Below are positions 1-12,107 of a DNA stretch of 64,000 nt, piece by piece. How positions within the stretch are numbered: the first letter of the stretch is position 1; each line of letters starts with the position of its first letter. A model generated the notes under the pieces. The model did not search any database. It had not been told where the DNA came from and saw only the letters and a program-made list of their open reading frames with translations. The translations under genes were made by a program, and so were the position numbers. Source of the DNA: an uncultured cyanobacterium (GTDB lineage Bacteria > Cyanobacteriota > Cyanobacteriia > Cyanobacteriales > Cyanobacteriaceae); the NCBI GenBank assembly GCA_963710605.1, contig CAVQBA010000004.1:992001-1056000 (forward strand), given 5' to 3'.

Positions 1-378
1 AATCAAGGTACATTAACTTGTTATTTTAAACACCGATATCACGACAACTTTTATGTCAATATAGGTAATCAAGATTTAAGTGCCCATGTTAATTTTACAG
101 CTTTACAAAACTATGGAAAATCCCTGAATTTATTAAATGTTGGCTATATTCAACAAGCATTGTTTTTGATGAATTTAGGATTAGGCGATCGTCTTAACCA
201 ATTATCCCATAATGATATACCCCTGACAGAAATTTTATTTAAGCGAAATCAATTACATAGTTTAATTAATCCGCAAGGATTGGGTAACTTTAAAATATTA
301 TTACAAAGTAAAAATATTGATTATCAACCACAATCGCCGATTTTACAAGGATTTAAAAACAATACTGATTACATTTAA
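1..378 (+). CDS. Class I SAM-dependent methyltransferase (MidA/NDUFAF7-like), 3' part; truncated by window start
   Basis: Frame 1 is open from base 1: NQGTLTCYFKHRYHDNFYVNIGNQDLSAHVNFTAL...GLGNFKILLQ, typical C-terminus of this family. Confidence 0.75.
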   Translation, partial: NQGTLTCYFKHRYHDNFYVNIGNQDLSAHVNFTALQNYGKSLNLLNVGYIQQALFLMNLGLGDRLNQLSHNDIPLTEILFKRNQLHSLINPQGLGNFKILLQSKNIDYQPQSPILQGFKNNTDYI

Positions 379-528
379 TTTAGACAAGTCGGTCAAATTT
401 AACAAGTTAAATAATTTATGTGTATAGTAGATCTTATTTTTCCTCGTAAACTTATAAAAAGTGTGAGTAATTATTGATGATCAATATCTTTTTTATTAAT
501 AAAAATTTAAGTATTGAGGCAAATATTA

Positions 529-3045
529 ATGAGCGATAAGAAAAATATTAGTCATTGTTTACAAATTAAATATAACAATATTAATCAGCAAGTAATTCTC
601 ACTAATGATATTTATTCTATCGGTCGTCATTCGAGTAATAAAATTGTGATCAACAGTGAAATTATTTCTCGTTTTCATTGCACTATTTTACCGGTTAAAT
701 ATCAAGGTCAAAATAATCAAAATCTTTTCTGGATTATTGACGGAGATTTACAAGGGAATAGAAGCTCTAATGGTATATTTGTCAATAATGACAAATGCTT
801 ATCTCATGAGTTAAAAACAGGGGATGTGATTAAATTTGGGTCTGGTACTGTCGAAATTTCTTACCAAGAAGTTGTTAACGATTTTAATATTGAACAAAAT
901 GAAATTATTTCCTCCGATATCAATATAAATCAAAATGGCTATTTAATTCAAAACGATCTTGATTTGATAGCCGATAATATTTTAGAAACAGGTCTAAAAA
1001 CAACTTTAATCGAAAGTAATAAAGAAGAAGAAGACATTTTTATTCAAGAACTATTATTTTTGCTGAAACACCAGAAACAACAAGATCAAATTCCGGCAAT
1101 TAAAGTAGATTTGTCAGGGGTAGTTATAGATAAAAATAAGCAATTTTCCCACATATTTTCTAATCTAGGAACTAATTTATTTGTTGATCAATTAATAGAA
1201 AAGTTCGATAAGAGTACTAAAGATTTTTTAGTTAGAGAAGTCAGTATCGAAGAGATTAAATATACTCAATACGCTCATTTATACAAAGAAAGTGGATATA
1301 TAGAAAGTTATATTTTTTCTCTGGAAGAGAGAATGGAAGTAGAACAAAAATTAAGAGAAAGCGAAGAAAAATATCGAGCAATTGTTAGACAAATTTCAGA
1401 AGGAATTATTTTAGTAGATCCAACTAGTCGAAAAATTATTGAAGCCAATAATGCTTATTGTAGTTTAGTCGGATACTCTAGTCCTGAAATTACTTCTTTA
1501 CGTATTCATGACCTCATCGCCACCGATCCTGAAATTAATGATAGTATTATTTACAAGGTAAAAGCACAAGGACTAAATATCACTCAAGAGTCGATCCATA
1601 TTCATCGTGACCACTCACTGATTCATGTAGAAGTCAATATCAGTAATGTTTTTTACGGTGCTAAAGAGTTTATTTGTTATGCAGTCAGAGATATAACCGA
1701 AAGAAAAGTAGCTGAAGATATGCTACGTTATCAAGCGTGTCATGATTCTCTAACAAAGTTGGCTAATCGAAGTTTTTTTAATGAGAAATTAACCTTTGTT
1801 ATTAATAGTATCAATAAAAGTCAAGCTAAATTAGCTGTTATTTTCATCGATTTAGACCGTTTTAAAAACATTAATGATACTTTAGGGCATAATATCGGTG
1901 ATTTGTTTTTACAACAAGTAGCTTCAAAAATAAAAAGTTGTTTAGAAGAAAAAGATTTACTTGCTCGTTGGGGAGGAGATGAATTTACGGTTTTATTACC
2001 TCAAGTGAACGATCGAACAGACGTTGATTTAGTTGCTCATCGTATTTTAGATATATTTAAACAACCGCTAAAAATCTTAGATTATCAACTTTATTGCCAT
2101 TTGAGTATGGGTATCGCAATTTATCCCGATGATGGTATTAAAGCAGAAGTATTGGTTAAAAATGCGGATACGGCTTTATATCAAAGTAAAGATCAAGGAG
2201 GTAACTATTATAGATACTATACTTCTTCGATGAACGAAAAACGCCAAGAATTATTAGAACTAGAAAGCTATCTTTACGACGCAATCAAATATAATCAGTT
2301 TCAATTATATTACCAACCCCAAATTAACTTTCAAACAAAGAAAATTGTAGGAATGGAAGCACTAATTCGTTGGCAACACCCACAATTAGGAACAGTTTCT
2401 CCGAATCAATTTATACCTTTAGCTGAACAAACAGGATTTATTAATGCGATTGGTAAATGGGCATTACATACAGCTTGTACTCAAAACAAACGATGGCAAG
2501 ATTTAGGATTACCTCATTTTAAAGTATCGGTTAATTTATCTCCTCGTCAGTGCCAACCAGAATTACCATCATTACTAACTCAAGTATTACAACAAACTAA
2601 ATTAGCACCTCAGTATTTAGAATTAGAAATTACGGAAAATAGTATTATGATACACCCAGAGTTAACTAAAAATATTTTAGAACAGTTAACGAGAATAGGT
2701 GTTTCTGTGTCTATGGATGACTTTGGTACAGGTTATTCATCTCTTGGTTATCTCAAAAAATTTCCTTTTCACACCATTAAAATCGACCAATCATTTGTTC
2801 AAGAATTGAAAAGTGAGCCTCAAGATTTGGCGATTATTTCGGCGGTGGTTACTTTAGGTAAAGGTTTCAATTTACAAGTAATAGCAGAAGGAGTAGAAAC
2901 TTTAGAACAATTAAAACTGTTAACTGATTTGAAATGTGATATTGTTCAGGGTTATTTATTTAGTCGCCCCCTTCCTGTTGATGAAGCAACTAATTTTATC
3001 AATTCTTTTACTAAAAATGGTCTTGAGTGTTTTTTAATGGTTTAA
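529..3045 (+). CDS. FHA-PAS-GGDEF-EAL c-di-GMP signalling protein
   Basis: FHA motifs (SIGRH, ISRFH, SSNG), PAS region, RWGGDEF, GMEALIRW, DDFGTGYSS; ATG at 529 (ORF track starts at TTG 514). Confidence 0.9.
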   Translation: MSDKKNISHCLQIKYNNINQQVILTNDIYSIGRHSSNKIVINSEIISRFHCTILPVKYQGQNNQNLFWIIDGDLQGNRSSNGIFVNNDKCLSHELKTGDVIKFGSGTVEISYQEVVNDFNIEQNEIISSDININQNGYLIQNDLDLIADNILETGLKTTLIESNKEEEDIFIQELLFLLKHQKQQDQIPAIKVDLSGVVIDKNKQFSHIFSNLGTNLFVDQLIEKFDKSTKDFLVREVSIEEIKYTQYAHLYKESGYIESYIFSLEERMEVEQKLRESEEKYRAIVRQISEGIILVDPTSRKIIEANNAYCSLVGYSSPEITSLRIHDLIATDPEINDSIIYKVKAQGLNITQESIHIHRDHSLIHVEVNISNVFYGAKEFICYAVRDITERKVAEDMLRYQACHDSLTKLANRSFFNEKLTFVINSINKSQAKLAVIFIDLDRFKNINDTLGHNIGDLFLQQVASKIKSCLEEKDLLARWGGDEFTVLLPQVNDRTDVDLVAHRILDIFKQPLKILDYQLYCHLSMGIAIYPDDGIKAEVLVKNADTALYQSKDQGGNYYRYYTSSMNEKRQELLELESYLYDAIKYNQFQLYYQPQINFQTKKIVGMEALIRWQHPQLGTVSPNQFIPLAEQTGFINAIGKWALHTACTQNKRWQDLGLPHFKVSVNLSPRQCQPELPSLLTQVLQQTKLAPQYLELEITENSIMIHPELTKNILEQLTRIGVSVSMDDFGTGYSSLGYLKKFPFHTIKIDQSFVQELKSEPQDLAIISAVVTLGKGFNLQVIAEGVETLEQLKLLTDLKCDIVQGYLFSRPLPVDEATNFINSFTKNGLECFLMV

Positions 3046-3071
3046 CAAAGATGCTTTTTTTTGTCTAGGTA

Positions 3072-3685
3072 ATGAAACGATCGTTTTATAAACCAGTTAC
3101 TCAAAAACGAGGTGATTTTATTACTAGTAAGTTTGATCAGTTTAAACGTAATATAATACCTTATTGTGCTGTAGTAGAAGCATTTAAAACACTAGTTAGT
3201 TCTAATCTTTGTTTTCAATACGGAGTCGTTTGTGAATCAGCTATGTCTTACAGTTATTACGCCACAATTTTAATCGCTACGGCGGGTGATTATCAATCCG
3301 CCTATGAATTGGGTTTGGTGGCAACGATTTATACGGACATCAAGCAGGAGATGAATGTTTAATCAAAATAGCTCAAACAATGAAAAAAGTTATCAAACGC
3401 TCTGGTGATTTACCTGCTCGTTATGGTGGCGAAGAATTTGCGATTGTTGTCTCTAAGGTTGATATTCAAGGTGCAATTACAATTGCTAACCGACTTTTAG
3501 AGGAAATACGATCGTTACAAATTCCTCATCTCGACTCACAAGTTGCCTCTTTTGTCACCGTTAGTATTGATATTAGCAGTCAAATACCTGAGATAAAAAC
3601 AAATTTTGAAACCCTTATTGCCAATGCCGATAAAGCTTTGTATCAAGCCAAAAAAGAAGGTAGAAATCGATACAGCATCTATTAA
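3072..3685 (+). pseudogene. Deletion relic: fragment of a Ser/Thr-kinase/AAA sensor-type protein joined out of frame to a truncated GGDEF domain
   Basis: 3072-3362 ends in QYG..ESAMSYSYYA..GDYQSAYELG. From ~3323 another frame reads NDLYGHQAGDECLIKIAQTMKK..RYGGEEF..ADKALYQAKKEGRNR, a GGDEF domain lacking its N-terminus. Confidence 0.6.
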
Positions 3686-3750
3686 CTTAATTAAAATGAG
3701 TAACGATTTTTTATCCTTTAAAGTTATTACCGACAATATTTTGATCACAA

Positions 3751-4542
3751 TTATCCATTACTAATCATTGAATATTGCTCGAGATGATTATGATTATAGG
3801 TTGCGGTATTAGGAAGTTGTGTTAAATCACCTTCTGTTTCTGCAGGGTAGCTAATTTGTTGTAAACCTTCTAAATTAAAACGATAACCAACATTTCTGAC
3901 AGTCTGAATCAAATTAGGTTGACGAGGATCTTTTTCGATTTTCTTTCTTAATGATAATACATGGGTATCGATCGTTCTTTGATTTTCGATCGCTTCTGGC
4001 CAAGCTTTTTTCAATAGCTCATTACGACTTAAAGGTGTACCTTGAGCTTGAGTAAGTACATATAACAAGCTAAATTCTTGTGGTGTGAGATCAATTATCT
4101 CATTACGAAATTCAACTCTTCTTTGTACTAAGTCAATTTTTAATGAACCAAAATCCAAACTTAAAGGTGCATTATTCAAACGAAAACGACGCACTAATGA
4201 TTCAATCCGAGCGAGAAATTCTTGCATCCCAAAGGGTTTTTTGAGGTAATCATCTGCTCCTGCTTTTAATCCTTTGACAACATCTATTTCAGTTACTTTA
4301 TTAGAAAGAATCAAAATGAGTGGTTGATGAGATTTATATAACCATTCACAAAATTCTAATCCATCACCATCAGGTAGTTCAGAATCTAAAATTACCAAAC
4401 TGGGAATATTGTTATTGGCTAAACCATTTTTTGCTTGCTTGATACTACCATACTGATGAGTCAGATATCCCATCTGTTGTAGATGCCAACCTAGTAGCGA
4501 TCGCAAATGAGAGTTACCTTCAATTATAGAGATGCAAATCAC
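3751..4542 (-). CDS. nrrA: OmpR-family nitrogen-responsive response regulator NrrA (Rre37)
   Basis: CISIIEGNSHLRSLLGWHLQQ N-terminus, GADDYLKKPFGMQEFLAR, wHTH C-terminus; likely GTG start at 4542, downstream of the NtcA promoter (ORF track start 4584). Confidence 0.8.
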   Translation of the reverse strand: MICISIIEGNSHLRSLLGWHLQQMGYLTHQYGSIKQAKNGLANNNIPSLVILDSELPDGDGLEFCEWLYKSHQPLILILSNKVTEIDVVKGLKAGADDYLKKPFGMQEFLARIESLVRRFRLNNAPLSLDFGSLKIDLVQRRVEFRNEIIDLTPQEFSLLYVLTQAQGTPLSRNELLKKAWPEAIENQRTIDTHVLSLRKKIEKDPRQPNLIQTVRNVGYRFNLEGLQQISYPAETEGDLTQLPNTATYNHNHLEQYSMISNG

Positions 4543-4579
4543 TTTGTTTTTCCTGAAATTCCATATATTTTGATAACTA

Positions 4580-4621
4580 AGCATAACCCAGCAATTATCA
4601 AGATACTGTCACATTGAATAC
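4580..4621 (-). promoter_or_regulatory. NtcA-activated promoter of nrrA
   Basis: Minus strand GTA-ttcaatgt-GAC (4621-4608), 22-nt gap, then -10 TATGCT (4585-4580): canonical NtcA class II spacing. Confidence 0.7.
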
Positions 4622-4807
4622 CTTGTCTCTACTGATTGATTTTTTAGGTTGACTGACTCGAAAATCAATTATCTATCATATTTGGGGTTAAAGTATTATA
4701 ATCAAGCAAAAATAGACAAAAATGGTTTTTAAAGCATTTATCTCTCTTGTTTTTAAATACAGGTTGTCAATATTGAGTGTTTTTTATCTAAACCTTATGT
4801 TTACTAT

Positions 4808-6339
4808 CTAAAAACGAAAAATTTCTTGACCCTCATTTAGCACAATTAATTTAATTTGTAATGGTCCTGAGGTATAACTTTCATTACCAGCAACAGTCCG
4901 AATCTCATCGATCGGTTGATCTGACAATTGTAACTTTTGAATAAAATTAATTAAAGAAGTAATATTACCATCACCTACAGAAATTCGACCAAGAACACCT
5001 TCTCTTCTAGCACGAAACTGACTGACAGAAACCAAAAAATCAAGTTTTTCTTGTAGTTCATTATTTTTTAAATCATCTGCTTCTAACAATATAGAGGCGA
5101 TCGTTTGATTAGCGGCATAAACTTTTTGATTAGGAGTAACATCAGCAAAAATCCTGATTTGCTCTTCACCTTGAACATAATTACCCGCTGACAAAATTCT
5201 GACTAAATATTGCCCCGGTTTATCTAGCTGTTGTTTAATCTGTTCAACTTGCCCTTTACTAATTCTGACAAATCGATCGGGTGTGGTTTGTTTACCATAT
5301 CCTAAAATTAGCATAACGCCTCGGTTAGCTTCACTTAAAACACCATCGATTAATTCAGCAACATCGGTATTGTTTTGTGTTTGAACAAGAGTAACAGTCA
5401 AAACTTGCCCTTTAACAATTGCGATCGGTCTTTCTCTTAAATCTTGATAAGTTTGATAATATTGTTCTAAAGTTTCCGCTTCTTTGCGAAAAAATTCTAG
5501 TTGTTGCTCAAGAGTAATTAATTCGTTTTCTTTTTGTTTAAGAATTTGGTTACTTTCAGAGATACGATTATCTAATTCTGAAATTTGTTGATCACGAGAT
5601 TGTATTTCTGATTCTAATTCACCTTGTTTATTTTGTAGCTCTTGTAAGCTTTGTTGCTGTTGTTGCAGTATTGTTTCTTGTTGATTAATTTGACTTTCTT
5701 TATTATTTAACTCAGTATTTTTAATATTTAATTCTTGATCTTTAGTACTTAATTCTTGATCTTTACTACTTAATTTTTGATCTTGAATACTTAATTCTCG
5801 ATCTTTACTTGCAATTGACTTTTCAAGAATTTGAGTTTGTTTTTGAATACGGCTTTTTTCTTCTAATAGGTTATTTTTTTCGGTAATAATTCGATCAACT
5901 TCTTCTGTTAATGCCTGAGTTTTAGTTTCAATCTTTCTAACTTGTCTTTGAGTTATATTTAATTCTTCAATATTTAACTCTAACTGATTTTCAACCCGAT
6001 TTTGTCTTTTTTGAGCTTGATCTAATTCATTTTCGATCCTTTTTTTTCTTTTTCAACAGTTCTTAATTGAGCGGTAATTTCTCTTCTTTTTCGTAATATT
6101 TCATCTAGTTCAAAGATACCTTGTCGTAGAGATTCACTCAAAGTAAACAAAATTAGTAGCGTTGATGAAGAAATCAAAATACCCGTAGTGATCGTAATCA
6201 CCACCGCAGTTTGTTTCGGTCGTAACTTAAACAGTCTTAATCTTGCTTTACCTACCTTACTCCCAATTCGATCGCCTAATGCAGCAATTAACCCTCCCAA
6301 AAGTAATATGGCGATAATTAAAATATAGGCACTAGTCAT
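4808..6339 (-). CDS. DUF3084-family membrane-anchored coiled-coil protein, split by a frameshift near the homopolymer at ~6040
   Basis: N-terminus GGLIAALGDRIGSKVGKARLRLFKLRPKQTA; coiled-coil reading continues in another frame into ORF 4808-5401. Confidence 0.75.
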
Positions 6340-6528
6340 TTTTTAATTAATTAATAATGAATAATTGATAATGAATAATTAAGCTGTGTCAATATTATCG
6401 ATTTATATAACTAGTAATTTTTTTGATTTCTCTTATCTATTTATTTTTACACACCTCAAACTAAAGACTATTAGATTAATAGTGTAATAGTTGAGATATA
6501 TCAATCAACTCAGTCAATCAAATCGAAC

Positions 6529-7221
6529 TTAGGCAAATTGTTGACTTAAAGAAACAGGATCTAGTACAGTAATTTTTTTCTTGGTAATGGTAATTAAACC
6601 TGATTGTCTTAATTCTCCTAACAAACGAGTTACCGTAACACGAGTTGAACCGATCGCTTCAGCTATTGCTTGATGAGATAATTTAAGATCAATGGTAATA
6701 CCGCTAGCAGGTGCGTTTAAAGAATTAGGTTGCCCAAAATCACGACATAAAATTAATAAAAAGCTAACCAAACGAGAAGCCATATCACGATGGGCTAAAG
6801 TTTCAATCATCATCTCAGTTTGTAAAATACGAGAAGATAATCCCTGTAACATCAAACGAGATAATTCAGGATTATCTTGTAACGATCGTTGAAATTGCTC
6901 AATCGGTGCTGAAAGTAACTCCACACCCGTAAAGGCAACTGAATGATAAAAACGATCGCTTTTTTGCCCCGTAATTAAAGACAATACACCAAAAATACTA
7001 TTTTCTCTTAATAAAGCCACAGTTATTTCCTCTCCTGCTTCATAAACACGAGACAACTTAACTGCACCTTTCATTAAAAAATAAACTCTTTCTGCGGGGT
7101 CACCGGGAAAAAAGATAGTTTTACCACGCTCATATTTTTCCACCACAGGATTATACATACCTGCACCAATTTGACTAAAAACGGAAGCTAGAGAATTTTC
7201 AGAGTTAGGGATTGATTGCAT
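6529..7221 (-). CDS. ntcA: Global nitrogen regulator NtcA (CRP family)
   Basis: [38 protein letters not shown]. Confidence 0.97.
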   Translation of the reverse strand: MQSIPNSENSLASVFSQIGAGMYNPVVEKYERGKTIFFPGDPAERVYFLMKGAVKLSRVYEAGEEITVALLRENSIFGVLSLITGQKSDRFYHSVAFTGVELLSAPIEQFQRSLQDNPELSRLMLQGLSSRILQTEMMIETLAHRDMASRLVSFLLILCRDFGQPNSLNAPASGITIDLKLSHQAIAEAIGSTRVTVTRLLGELRQSGLITITKKKITVLDPVSLSQQFA

Positions 7222-7390
7222 AGGGAATAATAATTAATTAATGATCAAAAATAAAGATCGTGTTTTGTAAATGACACTTTCTATAAGAGAATAAGAAGCA
7301 AATGTAAATTATGATGACTATCTATAACTTAAACAGTTTAACGAATAATTATCCTTAATTTACACCGAAATTCGATTACAAATCAAGAAG

Positions 7391-8176
7391 ATGTTAGATT
7401 TAACACAGAAAAAAGCCCTCGTAACAGGAATTGCCAATAACAAATCGATCGCTTGGGGTATTGCCCAACAATTACATCAAGCAGGTGCCGAGATTGGTGT
7501 TACCTATCTTCCCGACGAAAAAGGACGTTATGCTAAAAAAGTCGGCGATTTAGCCCAATCACTGAATCCGAGTATTTTTCTCCCCTGCAATGTCCAAGAT
7601 GATGCTCAAATCGATGAAACTTTCGCTCAAATAAAAGAACAATGGGGGCAAATTGATATCTTAATTCACTGTCTAGCTTTTGCGAACCGAGACGATTTAT
7701 CAGGGGAATTTAGTAACACCTCTCGTGATGGTTTTGCTACAGCTTTGGATATTAGTGCTTACTCTCTTACTCGTTTAGCTAAAGCCGCCAAACCCTTATT
7801 GGCTGATGGTGCTAGCATTGTTACCCTAAGTTATTTAGGAGGTGTGAAAGTAATTCCTAATTATAACGTTATGGGTGTTGCTAAATCTGCTTTAGAAATG
7901 AGTGTCCGTTATTTAGCCGCCGAATTAGGTCAAAATAACGTTCGAGTTAATGGTATTTCAGCAGGCCCTATTCGTACTCTAGCTTCTTCTGCCGTAGGAG
8001 GTATATTAGATATGATTCATCACGTCGAAGCTGTTGCCCCTTTACGCCGTACAGTCACCCAAACCGAAGTAGGTAACACAGCCGCCTTTTTGTGTAGTGA
8101 TTTAGCTAGTGGTATCACAGGACAAATTATTTATGTTGATTCTGGATACGAAATTATGGGAATGGGAACAACATAG
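7391..8176 (+). CDS. fabI: Enoyl-ACP reductase FabI
   Basis: GIANNKSIAWGIA, YNVMGVAKSALE, SAGPIRTLA. Confidence 0.96.
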   Translation: MLDLTQKKALVTGIANNKSIAWGIAQQLHQAGAEIGVTYLPDEKGRYAKKVGDLAQSLNPSIFLPCNVQDDAQIDETFAQIKEQWGQIDILIHCLAFANRDDLSGEFSNTSRDGFATALDISAYSLTRLAKAAKPLLADGASIVTLSYLGGVKVIPNYNVMGVAKSALEMSVRYLAAELGQNNVRVNGISAGPIRTLASSAVGGILDMIHHVEAVAPLRRTVTQTEVGNTAAFLCSDLASGITGQIIYVDSGYEIMGMGTT

Positions 8177-8215
8177 TTAAGAGTTAAGAGTTAAGAGTTA
8201 AGAGTTAAGAGTTAA
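8175..8215. repeat. Heptamer tandem repeat (AGTTAAG)x~6, STRR-like, between convergent genes
   Basis: Read directly from the sequence. Confidence 0.85.
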
Positions 8216-8238
8216 AGGATGAAGTATCAATTAAAATC

Positions 8239-9096
8239 TTAGCCAAAAACAACGGTACGGTTTCCATATACTAATACTCTTTGCTGTAAGTGTAACCGTA
8301 CACCTCTAGCTAGAACTACTCTTTCTAAATCTTTACCTTTAGTAATCAAATCGTCAACAGTATCCCGATGACTAATTCTGGCTACTTGCTGGTCAATAAT
8401 CGGTCCTGCATCTAAGTCTTGGGTAACGTAATGAGATGTTGCCCCAATGATTTTGACTCCTCGACGATAGGCTTGGTGATATGGTTTTGCACCGATAAAT
8501 GCGGGTAAAAAGGAATGATGAATATTGATAATATTAGGAAAATTTTTGACAAAATCTGAACTCAATATCTGCATATATTTAGCCAAGATAACTAAATCTA
8601 TATTTGCTTTTTTGACTATTTCTAATTGTTTTTGTTCTTGCTCTATTTTGTTTTCTTTATTAATTGGTAAATAATGATATTCAATGCCAAATTGCTCAGC
8701 AACAGAGGCAAGTTTGTCGTGATTACTGATAATTAAACCTACTTCAGCTTTTAATTCTTGTGATTGGATACGCCAGAGCAAATCGTATAAGCAATGGCTT
8801 TGCTTTCCTACCCAGATAGCAAGTTTTGGCGTATCAGTTGAAAAATGTAGTTTGTATGTTGCCATTAATGGTTCGGCGATCGCATTAAAAGCAGGAGCGA
8901 TCAATTCTTTAGGTAAGTTAAAACCCTGTAACTGCCATTCTATACGAGATAAAAATAAATTAGCTTCTAAATCTGTGTGGTGATCAGCATGAATAATATT
9001 TCCACCATTAGCGTAAATAAAATTAGCAATTTTAGCAACTAAACCTTTTTGATCAGGACAAGATAATAAAATCGTTGCTGTTTGCTTAACCGCCAT
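8239..9096 (-). CDS. purU: Formyltetrahydrofolate deformylase
   Basis: ACT domain CPDQKGLVA; INIHHSFLPAFIGAKPYHQA; LDAGPII. Confidence 0.95.
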   Translation of the reverse strand: MAVKQTATILLSCPDQKGLVAKIANFIYANGGNIIHADHHTDLEANLFLSRIEWQLQGFNLPKELIAPAFNAIAEPLMATYKLHFSTDTPKLAIWVGKQSHCLYDLLWRIQSQELKAEVGLIISNHDKLASVAEQFGIEYHYLPINKENKIEQEQKQLEIVKKANIDLVILAKYMQILSSDFVKNFPNIINIHHSFLPAFIGAKPYHQAYRRGVKIIGATSHYVTQDLDAGPIIDQQVARISHRDTVDDLITKGKDLERVVLARGVRLHLQQRVLVYGNRTVVFG

Positions 9097-9550
9097 AATA
9101 TTTTTTTTTCATCTGACTTCCAAAACTATATTGATTTATTGTTACCTACTCACGAAACAATGTAAAGGGTTATCTATAGCAGTTAGAGTCTTTTGTGTTT
9201 AAGTAGTAACATTTGTTTATTAGTCTCACCAAAAAAGCGTTTACTAAATGTAGTAAACAAAGAAAGGTAAAACAGATGTTAAGAGTGAGCAAGAAGTTAG
9301 GAGGCACACAGTTAAACCAAACTATCTAAAATATATCTGAAAAGTTGGGAGAAAAGTCGCTATAGACTAAATAAATCATTTACAATTCGCCACCTTGGTA
9401 TAAACTGAATATTATTCATTATTTCTAAAATATTTAAGTATAATCTTTAAATGAGATTTAATATTCTTTTAATATTTACTATTTGAATTATGTTAAGCTA
9501 GTTTGATTGCCATAGAAGCGATCGCCGCCTTAAAATGTAAGGTATCATTT

Positions 9551-10722
9551 ATGAGTGAATCTAAAAAAGAATCCGAATTTTTTTCGATTCGACCATCAAT
9601 AAATAACAACACACTACAGCTACTTTTATTTGTAGATAACCGTCATAGTTCGCAAAAAAATATCAATCAGATCAGATCTTATTTAGATAACCTTAGTAAA
9701 GATTACAGTTTTGAATTACAAGTTTTAGAAATTTGTCATTATCCTCATTTAGTTGAACATTTTAAACTAGTTGCTACTCCTGCGTTAGTTAAATTTAGTC
9801 CTTCTCCTCAACAAACCCTAGCAGGTACTGATTTAACTGCTAAATTACAAAAATATTGGTATAAGTGGCAAACTAGCTTAGAAGAAAACGATGATGTTTT
9901 TCAAGACTCTCTTGAAGAAGATACTTTCATTAACACCTGTTTACCTTCCTCAGAATTAATTCGTCTTAGAGATGAAATTTTTCGTCTTAAAAATGAAGTT
10001 GATCAATTAAAACAAACGATCGAATTTAAAGAGCAAATGTTTGCAATGCTCGCTCACGATTTAAGAAGCCCCCTTACTGCCGCCTCTATAGCAGTAGAAA
10101 CGATCGAAATCACACATAATAATAGAATGAAGAAACATCACCTAAGGAAGAACTTTATCAAAAATTATTCAAACACGCACGAACTCAACTTGTAGGAATG
10201 AATAAAATGATTAACGACTTACTACAAGTATCTCAAGAAATAAACTATCAACTTAACATTACCCCCACAGAAGTAGATTTATTTGCCCTATGTAAAGATA
10301 TTGTCCTGAAATTACCTTCTAAACTTAAAAAACAAGAACCGATAATCATTAAAGATATTCCCCAAAATCTACCTTCTGTTTATGCTGACTCTCAATTGAT
10401 AAGACAAGTTATTGTCAATTTATTAGAAAACGCCATCAAATACAGTCCATCCTCCACACCAATTACTATTTCTATCATTCATAAAACTACACAAAAAATA
10501 CAGGTTAGTATTATTGATGAAGGTTCGGGTATCCCAGATGCTAATAAAAAATCAATTTTTCAAGAACATTTTCGTTTACCGAGAGACTCTAAAGCTGATG
10601 GTTACGGGATAGGATTGGCTTTATGCCAAGAAATAATTAATGCTCATTACGGTCAAATTTGGGTTGATGATAACGCAAATCAAGGTAGTTGTTTTCGCTT
10701 TACCCTACCTGTTTATCGTTAG
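9551..10722 (+). CDS. sasA: Circadian sensor histidine kinase SasA (KaiB-like + HisKA + HATPase), frameshift near 10125
   Basis: LLLFVD..LVATPALVK KaiB-like domain, AHDLRSPLTA H-box; alternate frame NEETSPKEELYQKLFKHARTQLVGMNKM joins the two ORFs; G-box GYGIGL. Confidence 0.85.
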
Positions 10723-10784
10723 CTCGTTGACGAATATAGGTTAAAATGTAGATAGGTGAAACGAAAGAAAGAGGAAAACCTGTT

Positions 10785-11222
10785 ATGAAAAAATATTTAA
10801 TTGCTACGATCGCTGTCTTAAGTACTATTGTTGCTAATCCTAGCCAAGCAAGTAATCCAGCTCACGTTCAACAGTTGTTAGAAACAAATAAATGTATGGG
10901 ATGTGATTTAGAGGGTGCCGATTTAGCCGACGCATTTTTAATTGGTGCTGATTTAAGAAACGCCGACTTACGCAACGCAAATTTAGAAGGTGCAAATTTA
11001 GAAGGTGCTGATTTAGACGGAGCGAACTTACAAGGTGCTGATTTAGCTGATTCCTTTTTAACCAATGCAACTATGAATTATGCTAATCTTAATAATGCAG
11101 ATTTGACTTACGCTGTAATTTATGACGCTCAAGTAAAAGGTGCTAGCATGAATAACTTAAATATTGAAAATGCTTCTATAGTCGAAACAAACATCGGTGT
11201 AGGTGGTCAATACATAGATTAA
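10785..11222 (+). CDS. Exported pentapeptide-repeat protein
   Basis: Signal peptide, CMGCDL motif, A(D/N)LXX repeats. Confidence 0.9.
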   Translation: MKKYLIATIAVLSTIVANPSQASNPAHVQQLLETNKCMGCDLEGADLADAFLIGADLRNADLRNANLEGANLEGADLDGANLQGADLADSFLTNATMNYANLNNADLTYAVIYDAQVKGASMNNLNIENASIVETNIGVGGQYID

Positions 11223-12107
11223 GAGAAGTACTCAATTTAGATAGAAAAACAATTAATTGATAAATTTTATCAATAGTCGAGTGGCTTAACTTGTAAAAAT
11301 AAAATCACAGTAATACATGAATTATTAATTCATTGACTCTTCAAATAAATAAATAGACAAAAATAATCATGGTTAAGTTGATTTAAGTAAATATTCAAAA
11401 CTAATTATTTCCACTTTAGATACAGTCAATTATGCTTTTTTTAGTTTCACCTGATTAAAAAACATTAATTGATAACTTCAAAGCTGATTAATTACCTCAG
11501 GTAGTTATCAGCTACTTTTTTTGCGATAAATTTAGGCAAAATATATTAGTTAATCTCTATAGAATTTATCTTATCAAAAATTCTCTTTTTTTTACAAAGG
11601 AGGAAAAGTGATTAAAATGTTTAATCTTAATCTATAGCAGAGAACGAGTTGATTAGGACATGGTATGAGACCGAAAGCTATACCCTATGAGCATTTTACC
11701 TTTGCCCTTTGCTATAAAAGGCTTTTATTTGTACAACGTCATAAATAATTTGCTGATGATTGATTATTCGTTTTAATGCAATTTGATTAAACACCGAAGC
11801 ATTGTGTTGCAGGCACTAGGTAATAATTAATGATATGGAGTTAAGTTTTACCGCTAATAAGCTTGGATAGACCCAACAATATGTGGTTAACTACTGTCAT
11901 AAGCTCGAACTGTAAATAACCCTACTCACCTACTTGTAATTTTTGAAGAAGTATTGATCGGATTCGCTTCTTTTTTTACTTTTCACTTAATAGTTTTTTC
12001 TCGAAGTACAGACTTGCCCCGATCGAATTTTTCGGTTAGAAACAGATTTTAACTGTCTCAAACAACTGAACCTTAAAACCTTAAAAGAGCAGAAAAGCTA
12101 TTCTATG

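Noticed and set aside
11223-12107. ~900-bp gap left of the CAST
   Set aside because: No ORF, RNA motif or second transposon end that I could support.
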